Source: a virus. From it: DNA of 64,000 nt. Positions 48,062 to 57,875 of this stretch are shown one piece after another. A program made the translations under genes and the position numbers. The stretch is taken from positions 48,795 through 112,794 of the IMG/VR virus record IMGVR_UViG_3300003177_000010; one strand, written 5' to 3'. The stretch's first letter is position 1, and every line of letters starts with the position of its first letter. The notes below the pieces were generated by a model. That model was not told the origin of the DNA, ran no database searches, and worked only from the letters and a program-made list of their open reading frames with translations.

Positions 48062-51000
48062 TAAACTACTGCCCCTCGTATAGATTGCTTAATAGGACCA
48101 TTATTAGCTATATCTTTTGTTACTATATCTATAATCCACTTCTTACCATCAAACTTAGGAGCAGAAGCAGTAGCCTCTTGAGGAGTACCATTATTAACTA
48201 CATTAACTTGTACGTTACCGTGGCTACTTATATTACCAGTAGCATTTAGTTCTTGCAAAGCAGGGGCGCCTAAAGCTTTAGCTATAGGCTTACGCAGCAT
48301 AAATTCCCCGGGTTCTGCTAATAAAGGTATTCTATCTCTTACGGCACCGCCGCCAGCAAATTTCTGAATAACTCCTCCAGAAGCTTTTTTACCTATACCA
48401 AATAGACTTCCTATAAATTTACCTATGAAACTCAGTATTCCACCTCCTCCGGTACTTTTACCACCGAATAAACCTCCTATACCTTTGAATAAGTTTGCAA
48501 AAAATCCCTCTTTACCGAATACTTTTGCAAAGAATTTACCTATAGAACTATCTTTACCTATTAGGCTTTCAAGAAGTGTTTTATCACCTTTAGCTCTTTT
48601 ACCAAATAAGTTAAAAGGGCCAGTATTTTCTGCACTAGTCACAGGGACCGCACCATTAACTAGGGTCACACTATCAATACCTCTTTTTACCCCAAATAAT
48701 TTACCTACAGAATTAGTAAGAAATTTAGCTGTAGGGTCTGCAATAGTTGACTTAAAGAAATCTTGTTGAATTGTTTTAAATAAGTTACTCATTATTGACC
48801 TAAAGTCTCCTTGCCCATAGAATATAAGGTCATTTAGACCCATAAGAGCGGAGTTAAAAGCTCCTTCTATATTATCAAATAAGCTTTTAACTTTTTTCAT
48901 AGCGCTAGATAAACCTGTAGAACCTCCAGACCCTCCAGAACCTCCTAAGGTATCAGCAAGAGCAGCAGTACTATTAGCTGCTGAATCTTGTATCTCCTGC
49001 AGCTTAAGTTCAAGCCTAGCTCTTTTTTCTACTCTAGCTCTATAAGTATCAGCACTACCAGTTATAGTACCATTAATTTGCTCTTGTATGTTAGCAATTT
49101 TAGTAGCAGCATTCTCATTAATTGCTGTTATTTGAGCATTTATTGAGTTAGCCTGAGCTGTTCTACTTGCGTCTAAAGCAGTAGTGGCTGATGCACCAGC
49201 AGTAGCTACTTGAGTTGATATACTAGTAGGAGTAACTTTACTTATATTACCTTTTAACCTAGGGTCTGCATCTATGTAGCTCTGTAGTACATTACCTAAA
49301 TCTTTAACACTCTTACTAAAACCATCCACTCCCTTAGCAAAAGAAGTATACCCTTTAATTTGTTCCTCAACTATACTAGCAGCTATTCTATTATTAGCCT
49401 CATCAGCTCTAATCTTAGCGATGTCTAATGCTTTTTTAGCCCTAATAATAGCTATCTCATGCTCTTTCTTAACTACTTCGGCTAACCCTCTTGCTGCTAT
49501 ATTTTTAGATTCAGCGTCAAATATAGCTAACTGAGCATCAATAAATGTTTTCTTACTATTAGCATCAGTAGCTATAAGTTCTTTTTGTGCTGCAATAGTA
49601 TCATGATTTTGAGAGTTCATAGCACTAACTACTATGTTACTATAATCTTCTGCCGCTGCTCTAACACTAGGGTTGCTTATTCCTATAGTTAGTGAAGATA
49701 TCTCATTAGCTATAGCGGACTGTCTATTAGCTACAACTGAAGGATCTAGTTTTTTATTCTTAGCTAAGTCTATTGATGCCTGTGCCTCTTGTCTTATTAA
49801 ATCTACACGTTGCTGATCCGTAGAAAGTCTAGAAGTAGCTAAATCATTAGTAGCCTGCATATGCGTTAGGTTATTAGCACTTATAGTTTCTAACTTAGCG
49901 TAGTAGTTAGTTAAATTTTCTAAAGAATGGGCTTGTTTTTGAAGTGCAAGTTGTTGCTCTAGCTGTCTAGTGTGTTCTTTTTCTTTAGTAACTATATCAT
50001 TTAAAGACTTAATACTATTAACTTGTCTACCTACAATAGCTTTCAACGTAGTTGAATACACCTCAGCTTCAGCAACTTGATTAGCATCTAGTTTTGCTCC
50101 TGCTTCCTGCAATCTAAAAGATTCTCTAGTTCTATCTAGTATAGACCCTAATAAAGATACTTGATTAGCTAAGATTTCTTTACTAGATTTAGCAAAATTG
50201 CCAGTACTATTAATTAGCCCTCCATACGTTAAAGTATTAAGTGCATTAATACCTTTAGAAAATGTTTTAGTAATATTTTTAAATATATTTTCAGTAGCAG
50301 CTAATTTATCTCTTAGTACTACATTAGCAGCTATAGACTCTCTTAAACTTGCTGTATAATTGTCATACACATGAACTGCTTGGTCAATAGACATACCGTT
50401 GTTAATATTAGCAGTAATGTTATCCTTAACTGCAGCTATCTGGTCTAATAACTGCGATCTAGCACCTGATATAGCCGCAGACATTTTATCTGCTGTAGTG
50501 GCACCAGCGTAATAAGCATCTGATAGTTTATTCATAGTGCTTGTGCCAACGAACCAAGCTTTAACAAGTTTCTTTTGACTCTCCGTTAGAGAGTCAAAAG
50601 AAATAACGCCATTGTCACCAACACGGGCAACTAATCCTCCAAATAATTCTAGCTGCTCATTAATTACTTGTAGCTTTTTAGAATCTAATACTGCAAATAC
50701 ATCTATTGCAGATAAACCAGTTAATGTAGCAATTCTACCTGCAAAACTATCAAGTACTCCTCCATATTTTTCAAGACTAGTTATATAAGTTTGTAATGCT
50801 AGGTTTTCTATCTTTAGATTAGCAGCTACTTCTAAATCCTTAGTTACATTTATACTATCCACATTATCTGCAATACGAGCTCTAGCAGCTTCAATTTGCA
50901 TAAGTACAGGGCTTACTGCTCTAGCTGCATTTAACATAGGAATAAAAGCCTGTCTAGCCTTAGCACCTGCTTCCTTAGCTAAATTACCTGCATTATCCCT

Positions 51001-51666
51001 AGTACTAAGATTATTACTATTAATAGCAGCACTGTAAGCTAAAGAATTAGCAGAAGCTGCAGCATCATTCATATCTAATGTTATTCTATTGATGTTCCTA
51101 GTTATAGCAGAATTAGCAGAAGAATTTACTGTAGCTACTACATTTTCGTACGTAGTAGCAAAACCAGCAATTTGGTCTTTATTAGCTCCTAACTCTTTTA
51201 GCTTACTATTTAGTAGTTCTACACCCCCAGCAGCAGCTGTCATAGCACCTAACATACCGTCTTTAAAATCTGCAGCAGCTTGAGAGGTATCAACAAAATG
51301 GTCTTTTATAGCCTTAAGAATATCAACCCCGAATATATCACCTATTAATTGTATAGCTCCAATAATAAAGAATAATTTATTCATTGCAGATGCAGCAAAA
51401 TTAGCAACTGTTTTTAGTTTATTTAACCCAGCTGCCATTAGTATAGACCCTTTTGTAAATAACTTAGCTTTAGTACCTGCTTGTTTTAATGCTTCTTCAT
51501 AAGTTTTTAACATAATAGTATTACTGTGTAAAGCAGCATCAAAAGAAGCCATTCTATCTGCAGGTATTTTACTCTTTAAACGTAACATTTCTTTTTCTAC
51601 TTCTTTAAGCTTAGCTATGTCAGTAGTCATTTGGGTTGTGCTAAATAGTTTAACATCACCATTCAT
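48061..51666 (-). CDS. tape measure protein, C-terminal part
   Basis: Ala-rich helical; C-terminal FAGGG..RDRIPLLAEPGEF and VNVVNN motifs. Confidence 0.85.
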   Translation of the reverse strand: MNGDVKLFSTTQMTTDIAKLKEVEKEMLRLKSKIPADRMASFDAALHSNTIMLKTYEEALKQAGTKAKLFTKGSILMAAGLNKLKTVANFAASAMNKLFFIIGAIQLIGDIFGVDILKAIKDHFVDTSQAAADFKDGMLGAMTAAAGGVELLNSKLKELGANKDQIAGFATTYENVVATVNSSANSAITRNINRITLDMNDAAASANSLAYSAAINSNNLSTRDNAGNLAKEAGAKARQAFIPMLNAARAVSPVLMQIEAARARIADNVDSINVTKDLEVAANLKIENLALQTYITSLEKYGGVLDSFAGRIATLTGLSAIDVFAVLDSKKLQVINEQLELFGGLVARVGDNGVISFDSLTESQKKLVKAWFVGTSTMNKLSDAYYAGATTADKMSAAISGARSQLLDQIAAVKDNITANINNGMSIDQAVHVYDNYTASLRESIAANVVLRDKLAATENIFKNITKTFSKGINALNTLTYGGLINSTGNFAKSSKEILANQVSLLGSILDRTRESFRLQEAGAKLDANQVAEAEVYSTTLKAIVGRQVNSIKSLNDIVTKEKEHTRQLEQQLALQKQAHSLENLTNYYAKLETISANNLTHMQATNDLATSRLSTDQQRVDLIRQEAQASIDLAKNKKLDPSVVANRQSAIANEISSLTIGISNPSVRAAAEDYSNIVVSAMNSQNHDTIAAQKELIATDANSKKTFIDAQLAIFDAESKNIAARGLAEVVKKEHEIAIIRAKKALDIAKIRADEANNRIAASIVEEQIKGYTSFAKGVDGFSKSVKDLGNVLQSYIDADPRLKGNISKVTPTSISTQVATAGASATTALDASRTAQANSINAQITAINENAATKIANIQEQINGTITGSADTYRARVEKRARLELKLQEIQDSAANSTAALADTLGGSGGSGGSTGLSSAMKKVKSLFDNIEGAFNSALMGLNDLIFYGQGDFRSIMSNLFKTIQQDFFKSTIADPTAKFLTNSVGKLFGVKRGIDSVTLVNGAVPVTSAENTGPFNLFGKRAKGDKTLLESLIGKDSSIGKFFAKVFGKEGFFANLFKGIGGLFGGKSTGGGGILSFIGKFIGSLFGIGKKASGGVIQKFAGGGAVRDRIPLLAEPGEFMLRKPIAKALGAPALQELNATGNISSHGNVQVNVVNNGTPQEATASAPKFDGKKWIIDIVTKDIANNGPIKQSIRGAVV

Positions 51667-52691
51667 AATTTACCATCATACTTTTTACTAATATCTTTTT
51701 TTAGCTTTACGACTCCTTTGCTAATAACATCAAAGCTACCTTTAGAAGCAGCTGCATTATTAGCTACACTTTCTGTCCATTTTATACCTGAGTCTATCAT
51801 ACTACTAAAACTATGTCCAATCATTTTAGTAGCTTTATTGAATACTACAGCCCCTAAAATACCAAAAGCTAATAATGCGTTACCCGCATCATTAGTTATG
51901 AAGTCTACAAAAGGAGCTATATAGTTAGCTAATACTTGACCAAAACCACTAGCCATATTTGCGATTTCAGTAGCTAGCTGTTGTAAAGATTTTTGAGCAG
52001 ATGCTGAAGATACATTAATAGAGCTAAATTTTCTGTCACCTTCTGCAATAGTCGCGTTAACAAAAGCTTGTCTACGTTCAAATGTAGAAAGAGAATTAAC
52101 ATTTACACCTAACTGCCTAGCATATGCCTTAGCTGCAGGCTGTATTCTAACAAATATACCTAATTCATCTAATAGTTCCGGTTCTAGTTTAGCAGTACCA
52201 CGTATAACACGTTGCATAGCATCAGTAAGGTTCCTACCTAAAGCCCTAGAAGCTCTCATAGCAACTCTAGTAACCCCTTCTAGCTGTTTAGTATTAAAAC
52301 CAGCAGATAAAGCAATGTTAGCGTTCTGTGCTGCCTCGGCTAAAGTAAGTTGTCCTTGTGTAATATCTTTAATAACTGCTAGTATAGCAGGGCCACTTTG
52401 CCCTACCTCAGCAGCCAAGGCGTTTGTACCTCTTACAATAGTTTCATTCTGTGCCGCTTTATTAAGAGCAGTAAAGGCGGCAGTAACAGCAAAAATAGTC
52501 GCAGCCGCACCGGCATAAGCGCCGACTAAGCCGCCTAAGCCAGATGCTTGAGCAGAAAAAGATCTACCAGCATTAGAAGATTCGTTAGCAAGTCTAGTCT
52601 GTTTCTTACTAATCTCTTCGGTATCGCTTTTAACTTTACTAGCGCCTTTTGACGTGAATAAAATTTCTACTATGTTACTAATTGTGCTCAT
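51663..52691 (-). CDS. tape measure protein, N-terminal part
   Basis: GRSFSAQASGLGGLVGAYA, ALGR...GTAKLEPELLDELGI (T5 pb2-like). Confidence 0.85.
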   Translation of the reverse strand: MSTISNIVEILFTSKGASKVKSDTEEISKKQTRLANESSNAGRSFSAQASGLGGLVGAYAGAAATIFAVTAAFTALNKAAQNETIVRGTNALAAEVGQSGPAILAVIKDITQGQLTLAEAAQNANIALSAGFNTKQLEGVTRVAMRASRALGRNLTDAMQRVIRGTAKLEPELLDELGIFVRIQPAAKAYARQLGVNVNSLSTFERRQAFVNATIAEGDRKFSSINVSSASAQKSLQQLATEIANMASGFGQVLANYIAPFVDFITNDAGNALLAFGILGAVVFNKATKMIGHSFSSMIDSGIKWTESVANNAAASKGSFDVISKGVVKLKKDISKKYDGKL

Positions 52692-53040
52692 TTTGTTTTG
52701 CAGAACTTTCTTTTTGTTTTTGTTTATAGTAATTGCCTAATACTACTTCTAACTCTTTAAGTCTTTCAAAAACCTTTTTTCTATTTTCTATTTCGTATAT
52801 GTCCATTATAGCTAATAAACCACTATAATCTTTACCCATCCAGCTACCACTCATACCTTCCCATAGATCAGGTAAGTAATTTAATAGTAGTATAGCTTGT
52901 TGAGACTCTATAGGTAAGGAAGAGGGGTCAATAGGAATTTCCTCTTCTTTAGGCTCCCAACCCATTTGGCTACACATGTCAAAATATTGTTCTATACTCA
53001 TACCTCCACCATTTAAAGAATTATGGAGGTATTTTGTTAG
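52678..53040 (-). CDS. tail assembly chaperone, frameshift extension (gpT-like)
   Basis: -1 frame open from the slippery site through KLTKYLHNSLNGGG into MSIEQYF. Confidence 0.8.
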   Translation of the reverse strand, partial: LTKYLHNSLNGGGMSIEQYFDMCSQMGWEPKEEEIPIDPSSLPIESQQAILLLNYLPDLWEGMSGSWMGKDYSGLLAIMDIYEIENRKKVFERLKELEVVLGNYYKQKQKESSAKQNEHN

Positions 53041-53046
53041 TTTTTT
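53000..53046 (-). other. programmed -1 frameshift signal
   Basis: A AAA AAC at 53046-53040 directly before TAA, 7-nt spacer, stem ATACCTCCA/TGGAGGTAT. Confidence 0.85.
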
Positions 53047-53468
53047 ACTTCTTCCGCATCCTTAAGTGTAGAAAACTCTTCATAATCATTCATAGCGTCG
53101 GTTACGAATTGATCAAATATTGAAGAATTCTTCAATAGGTCTAAAGCATCTTCTTCAGAAAAAGGTATCTCTTCATCCGCATTTAGATTAGATATATCAG
53201 CAGGCATTAGCTTAGGTAAGGTACCTATAGTAAGCCCTCTCCAATTAATTATAGCTTTTTTTGCGTAGTTACTTAAGAATTTATCAGTATCTACTTCTTC
53301 CTCTCTTTGCCTAGTCTTTTTACTAAACTTGTACTCTAAACTAGCTTTTTGGATTTTCTGTAGATGTTCTCTAGTTAGAAATTGTAATTCTACTTCAAAA
53401 CCGTCAGTGTCTGGAACTTCCATCCAGCTTGTTGCGTTATTTGCAACTGCGTTACTTATAATACCCAT
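53037..53468 (-). CDS. tail assembly chaperone (gpG-like)
   Basis: between tail tube and tape measure, acidic; ATG 53468 has SD GAGGA. Confidence 0.8.
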   Translation of the reverse strand: MGIISNAVANNATSWMEVPDTDGFEVELQFLTREHLQKIQKASLEYKFSKKTRQREEEVDTDKFLSNYAKKAIINWRGLTIGTLPKLMPADISNLNADEEIPFSEEDALDLLKNSSIFDQFVTDAMNDYEEFSTLKDAEEVKN

Positions 53469-53485
53469 GTATTCCTCATAAAAAT

Positions 53486-53579
53486 GAACGCCCATTAACA
53501 TATCTGCTTTTCTAAGGTGAGGGGAGACCTAGAATTGCAAGTTAACGGGCGTTCTCTGTTAAAATGTTGTCCCCCCTCA
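53486..53579 (-). ncRNA. cis-structured RNA, interleaved stems (pseudoknot or switch)
   Basis: A-B-A'-B' arrangement of 11-bp and 14-bp stems, each closed by G-U only on the mRNA strand. Confidence 0.65.
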
Positions 53580-53587
53580 GAAACTTA

Positions 53588-54856
53588 TTACTTAGCGGCT
53601 ACAATTGTAACCTCACCGCCTGAGCCACAGGTTGCTCCAGGCTCTTGGCCTATAAAGTCAACTGTGACAGCTACCACATCACTAATATCTAGTTTAGGAA
53701 AACTAAATTGACAAGCATCTAATTGAAATGCTACATAAGGGGCTGTAGCGCCCCCAATAATAAGATTAGCATTAGAAGTACTTGCAGAGCTAGTCCTACC
53801 GTCATTGGCTATATTTCTTAAGAATTGAGCAGATTGACCGTTACCAGCTCTAAGGTACATAGTTGCAGAGCCGGATACTGCTCTAGTACCTGTAAATTGT
53901 CCTATAGGCTCATTTAGGTTACTTAACTCCTCAGGAGTTAAGTAACTTATATTATTATTATAGTCGAAGGTTAATGCCGTAACGGGGAATGTATAAGAAA
54001 CGTCGGCACCTCCTGCAGAAGGAGTGTGATGAAACTCAATAGCACTTAGTCTATTTTTAATAAAGGAATTAGTAGCTATACTACCAGCTACATTCATCTG
54101 ATTATACGGATGGTAGGCAGAAGAAGCTGATAACTCACTCACATTTGCATTAGCTAGTACAGTAGCTCCACTATTTAATATACCACCAAATACTGATACA
54201 GCATTATCTCTAGGGGCACCGGTAAGCTCTCTTAAGGTAGTACCAAAACCTGTCCATGTTACCGTAGAAATAGCGTCAATACCTGCGTCTACAGTAGCTT
54301 GGTTAACCGTAGCATTAGCTACTTGATAGAATATATTATCTAATTTTAAGTATAAATGATTTTCAGTAGCAGTTGAGAAATTAGCTCTAGTCGAGTGAGA
54401 ACCAGCTCCAGCAGCCACATTTGTAGTCTGCAACTTACCTCCTGTAACCCATACAGACTGGTCCGACGTGCCATCAGATACTCTAGTATTAGATACTAAC
54501 GACTGCCATAAGAACCAGTCAGCAGTAGGTTTAACATTACCACTAGCAGAAGTACCTGTAGTCGACCCTCCAGCAGCTGCACCAGTCTGAACTCCTGTAG
54601 GTCTTATATATGTTTGAAGGTTCCAATCCACTGGATCTATAGAAGTGTTGAAACGTTGTTGCGACCTATCAGGGGATAAGCCTGACTCTAAGGTAGTTAT
54701 ATCTTGTGTAGCTGCAGAAGAAGTGGCTGCAAAACCACTTAGAGCTTCTATCTTCCAAGTATTTTGTGGGGTCATAGCAGTAACAGCAGCGCCATTAACT
54801 AAATCAACTGTTGAGAAAAATATCTCGGAATTTCTTTGTAAATTAATACATGACAT
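53588..54856 (-). CDS. major tail tube protein (T5 pb6-like)
   Basis: NLQRN, NTWKIE, RFN.S.DPVDW, NNISYLTPEEL, FTGTRAVSG; position. Confidence 0.85.
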   Translation of the reverse strand: MSCINLQRNSEIFFSTVDLVNGAAVTAMTPQNTWKIEALSGFAATSSAATQDITTLESGLSPDRSQQRFNTSIDPVDWNLQTYIRPTGVQTGAAAGGSTTGTSASGNVKPTADWFLWQSLVSNTRVSDGTSDQSVWVTGGKLQTTNVAAGAGSHSTRANFSTATENHLYLKLDNIFYQVANATVNQATVDAGIDAISTVTWTGFGTTLRELTGAPRDNAVSVFGGILNSGATVLANANVSELSASSAYHPYNQMNVAGSIATNSFIKNRLSAIEFHHTPSAGGADVSYTFPVTALTFDYNNNISYLTPEELSNLNEPIGQFTGTRAVSGSATMYLRAGNGQSAQFLRNIANDGRTSSASTSNANLIIGGATAPYVAFQLDACQFSFPKLDISDVVAVTVDFIGQEPGATCGSGGEVTIVAAK

Positions 54857-54867
54857 GTTTTGTCTCC

Positions 54868-55323
54868 TTAATCTTCTAGTCTATAGACTATTGATAAATT
54901 TACGTTTAATACCCCATAAGGGCTAATCAGACCTTCATCCATCGAGATACTTTCTATAGTTATATCTAGTATTCCTTTTTCTGAGGCTTCAGGAAGATTA
55001 TATATAATATGCTCTATATCTTCAGCTAAATCATCTGATAGTTTCTGAGAATTATCTTCCCCATATACGTATGCTCTTATAATAACCGTTAATGTAGCTA
55101 TAGTCAAATTTTCAGATTGAAAATTTCTAAATTCGGTACCCGCGTTAAGGTATAGAGAAGGGAAATCATTTACCTCATCAATGAATTTTAATTTACGAAA
55201 TACATTATTAAAAATATTAGAATTATAAGAGTAACTGTTATCATATAAAGAAGTGCCTCCATCTATATTTTTTAAATTATTAACAAGAAAATTTATTATA
55301 TCTGTTCTTCTAGATACTGTCAT
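54868..55323 (-). CDS. tail terminator (T5 p142-like)
   Basis: RRTDI, FIDEVNDFP, DIEH, DEGL; synteny. Confidence 0.75.
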   Translation of the reverse strand: MTVSRRTDIINFLVNNLKNIDGGTSLYDNSYSYNSNIFNNVFRKLKFIDEVNDFPSLYLNAGTEFRNFQSENLTIATLTVIIRAYVYGEDNSQKLSDDLAEDIEHIIYNLPEASEKGILDITIESISMDEGLISPYGVLNVNLSIVYRLED

Positions 55324-55324
55324 A

Positions 55325-56521
55325 TTATACTCTTACTATATTAAACTTACGTGTATACAGAGAGGTAACTACTTCTCTAATAGAGTTACTAACTTGAGTT
55401 TCCGGGTCGTAACCATATTTTATATTAGCATCATATAAAGGCATGTAAGTAAAACGTATTAAACTATTACGATAGTTTGGGTATACTGTTATACTACTCC
55501 TAAATCTACCGCTTCTTTCTGTAAACCATGGTGGGGTAGCTTTACCACTTTTTTTCATAGTTTTATCTAACCTTTTCTGTACTAATGCAGTAAGCTGAGC
55601 GCCTGAAATAAATGTCTGTCTATTATTCTTTTTGGTAACTTTAGTAGAAATCTTACCTTGCTTAGGCTTTATAATCTTAGTACTATAATTTATAGGACGT
55701 TTTTCAAATTCATTAGCTATTCCTATAACAGCAGATAAAAAATCATAGGTATGTTGAGTAGATCTGCCCTTAGTAAACCTAACTAAAGCATCATTTATAA
55801 ATCTACTAGAAATATTAGTACTTAGTGCTTTATGGAATTTTATAGTAGTACTTGTTATACTAGCTATAACTTTAGCGTAACCAGCGTCACTTAAAGAGTA
55901 GTATAAAGTTATTCCTGATTTAGTAGGTTTAGCTGTTATACTTAAGTACTCTTCTGTAACTATATTACTAGAGTTTAATAGTCTAGTAACTAAGGACCCT
56001 AGTGCTTTATCTCCTATATTACTTTTATCTAAGTAATTCTTATTAAATAAATTAGAAAATTTTTGTGATATTTGTTTAGTTACTATTTTTTTTATTTCAT
56101 TATTACTGTTAATATAATTAATAAGCTCTACGTTAGATAACTTGTCTACTCTAGTATTCTTATCGAAGGTAAAACCATTTTTATTTTGTGTAGCAGCTAT
56201 ATTATTAGCTTTATTAAATGAAACACTATCTGAATTACTTAAAGAAATAGGAGAAAAATATGTTTTTTTTACTTTACTTAATGTATCAAATATATCCTTG
56301 GTGTTAACATCATCAGAAAAACTAGATGCGCTAGGGGCAGTAAAAGGACTTTCTGCAGCTATAAAATCAGAAAAATACCTTAATACTAAGCTTCTTGCCT
56401 TTTTGTTACCTCTAGAAGCTTTAATTAACGCTTGTTTATTTTTGCTAACAAATAGTTCTACAGGTAGCCCGTCAATAGTTATCTTAGTATCTACCAGACT
56501 AATATGATTATTTTTTGTCAT
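55325..56521 (-). CDS. tail completion / neck protein (T5 p143-like)
   Basis: basic; C-terminal ERSGRFRSS, Y...YD, SIREV; synteny. Confidence 0.65.
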   Translation of the reverse strand: MTKNNHISLVDTKITIDGLPVELFVSKNKQALIKASRGNKKARSLVLRYFSDFIAAESPFTAPSASSFSDDVNTKDIFDTLSKVKKTYFSPISLSNSDSVSFNKANNIAATQNKNGFTFDKNTRVDKLSNVELINYINSNNEIKKIVTKQISQKFSNLFNKNYLDKSNIGDKALGSLVTRLLNSSNIVTEEYLSITAKPTKSGITLYYSLSDAGYAKVIASITSTTIKFHKALSTNISSRFINDALVRFTKGRSTQHTYDFLSAVIGIANEFEKRPINYSTKIIKPKQGKISTKVTKKNNRQTFISGAQLTALVQKRLDKTMKKSGKATPPWFTERSGRFRSSITVYPNYRNSLIRFTYMPLYDANIKYGYDPETQVSNSIREVVTSLYTRKFNIVRV

Positions 56522-57795
56522 TACATTATAGTTCTATACATATCTAGTACTCTTCTTACATGGGGAGGGAAGTTGGAAGATAAGCTGTAAGATGCGCCTT
56601 TTTCTCCACTAAAGGTGAACCCCTTTGAATTCTGCGTCTGCTTATATAATATCTTTATATAGTCAAGAGTAGCTAATTTAATATCATAAGGTACTTCATT
56701 AATTTCATACCCAGCTCTATACGATATCTTTACACCAGAACTATAGTTATTAAACGCAGTAGTAGGTAACAATGATAACGTTGGATTACCGTAATTTTTA
56801 CTTATTCTGCCTGATCCACGAGAAAAGGTAAAATCACTAGGAGTGCTATGACAGTCCTTAAATGAGTCATCAAAGTGAAATAATACTGCAGTGTCGCTAT
56901 CAGGCCTAAATCTGTGAGTAGCTGGTACAAAGTCATCTGTGTATCTTGCTATAGTAGATACTCTTAACTCATCTAAGTATCCTACTAACCCTTCGCCTAT
57001 TATTACGTTTGATGTAAAAGTTAAGTTACTTTCAGTAAAAGAAGCATTTGCTATAGTGTTACCATTATAATGTAAGTAAATTTTCTCATCATCTAGCTTC
57101 CTACTTACTGCTATATGTGCCCATTTTCTGCTACTAAATTGTTGAGACTCTACTAAGCTATTAGCACCTTGTATAGTAGTGGTAACTCCATTAACATTAC
57201 TAGTTAAGGCGATACCGTACTGGTTAGCAAGTCCTAGTGATAGATAGTTATTATTATCCGTATTTATACTAAATAAAGTATTATCACTAAGGGTGTTATT
57301 ATCAATACGTACATAGGCTTCTATAGTAAAGTCTGACTCTTCAAATTTTAGAGAGTCAGGAACAGAATTAGTATATAGTAGGTCTGAGCTAGTAAATTTA
57401 ACACTAGTATCTCCTGTTTTTTTGATAGTAGAGTATTGTGGGTCACCTAAGCTATCTAGTAGTACTGCAGGAGAAGTATTAGTAATAGGCAGTCCTAGTG
57501 TGTCAGGGTCTGCTAGTCTATTATAAGAAGTACCGTTATACTCTTCTACCTGGTACACGTTACTTAAAGGTAATCTACTAGTATATACGTATGAAGAACC
57601 CCCATCTAATACTTCAATGTAGTCATTAGCTAGAACCTCTTGGCCAATATAATGCTCGACAACTCCTGTAGCGTAGTGTATAATGTTAGATAGCCTAGCA
57701 TCATAAGTATTACTAGAGATAGCTAAATAATCAGTTACTGTAGCTAAGTCTATAAATGTATACTTTCCCAAGTTTTCTTCAAATTTATTCGCCAT
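56521..57795 (-). CDS. head completion/adaptor protein with inserted LamG/ConA-like domain
   Basis: adaptor N-terminus (DYL...D.RL...VEHYIG) and C-terminus (YRAGY...VPYDIKLA...P.HVRRVLD.YR) flank DFTIEAY/WAHIAVSR/GYLDELRVS. Confidence 0.8.
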   Translation of the reverse strand: MANKFEENLGKYTFIDLATVTDYLAISSNTYDARLSNIIHYATGVVEHYIGQEVLANDYIEVLDGGSSYVYTSRLPLSNVYQVEEYNGTSYNRLADPDTLGLPITNTSPAVLLDSLGDPQYSTIKKTGDTSVKFTSSDLLYTNSVPDSLKFEESDFTIEAYVRIDNNTLSDNTLFSINTDNNNYLSLGLANQYGIALTSNVNGVTTTIQGANSLVESQQFSSRKWAHIAVSRKLDDEKIYLHYNGNTIANASFTESNLTFTSNVIIGEGLVGYLDELRVSTIARYTDDFVPATHRFRPDSDTAVLFHFDDSFKDCHSTPSDFTFSRGSGRISKNYGNPTLSLLPTTAFNNYSSGVKISYRAGYEINEVPYDIKLATLDYIKILYKQTQNSKGFTFSGEKGASYSLSSNFPPHVRRVLDMYRTIM

Positions 57796-57815
57796 ATTAA
57801 CATCCTTTTATACTA

Positions 57816-57847
57816 ATTGGGGGAGGCGTTTTACCACCTCCCCCAAT
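57816..57847 (-). terminator. strong hairpin after the capsid gene (terminator or stabiliser)
   Basis: ATTGGGGGAGG/CCTCCCCCAAT 11-bp stem, weak U tract. Confidence 0.65.
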
Positions 57848-57875
57848 ACACGTTAATTATTTACTATTTTAACTA

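Noticed and set aside
51690-51705. A7 run as a programmed frameshift joining the two tape measure ORFs
   Set aside because: The -1 frame hits TAG within two codons
53469-53711. ORF-track start at 53501 and plus-strand ORF 53517..53711
   Set aside because: Both overlap the structured RNA element; ATG 53468 has the SD, and the plus ORF is antisense to the late operon
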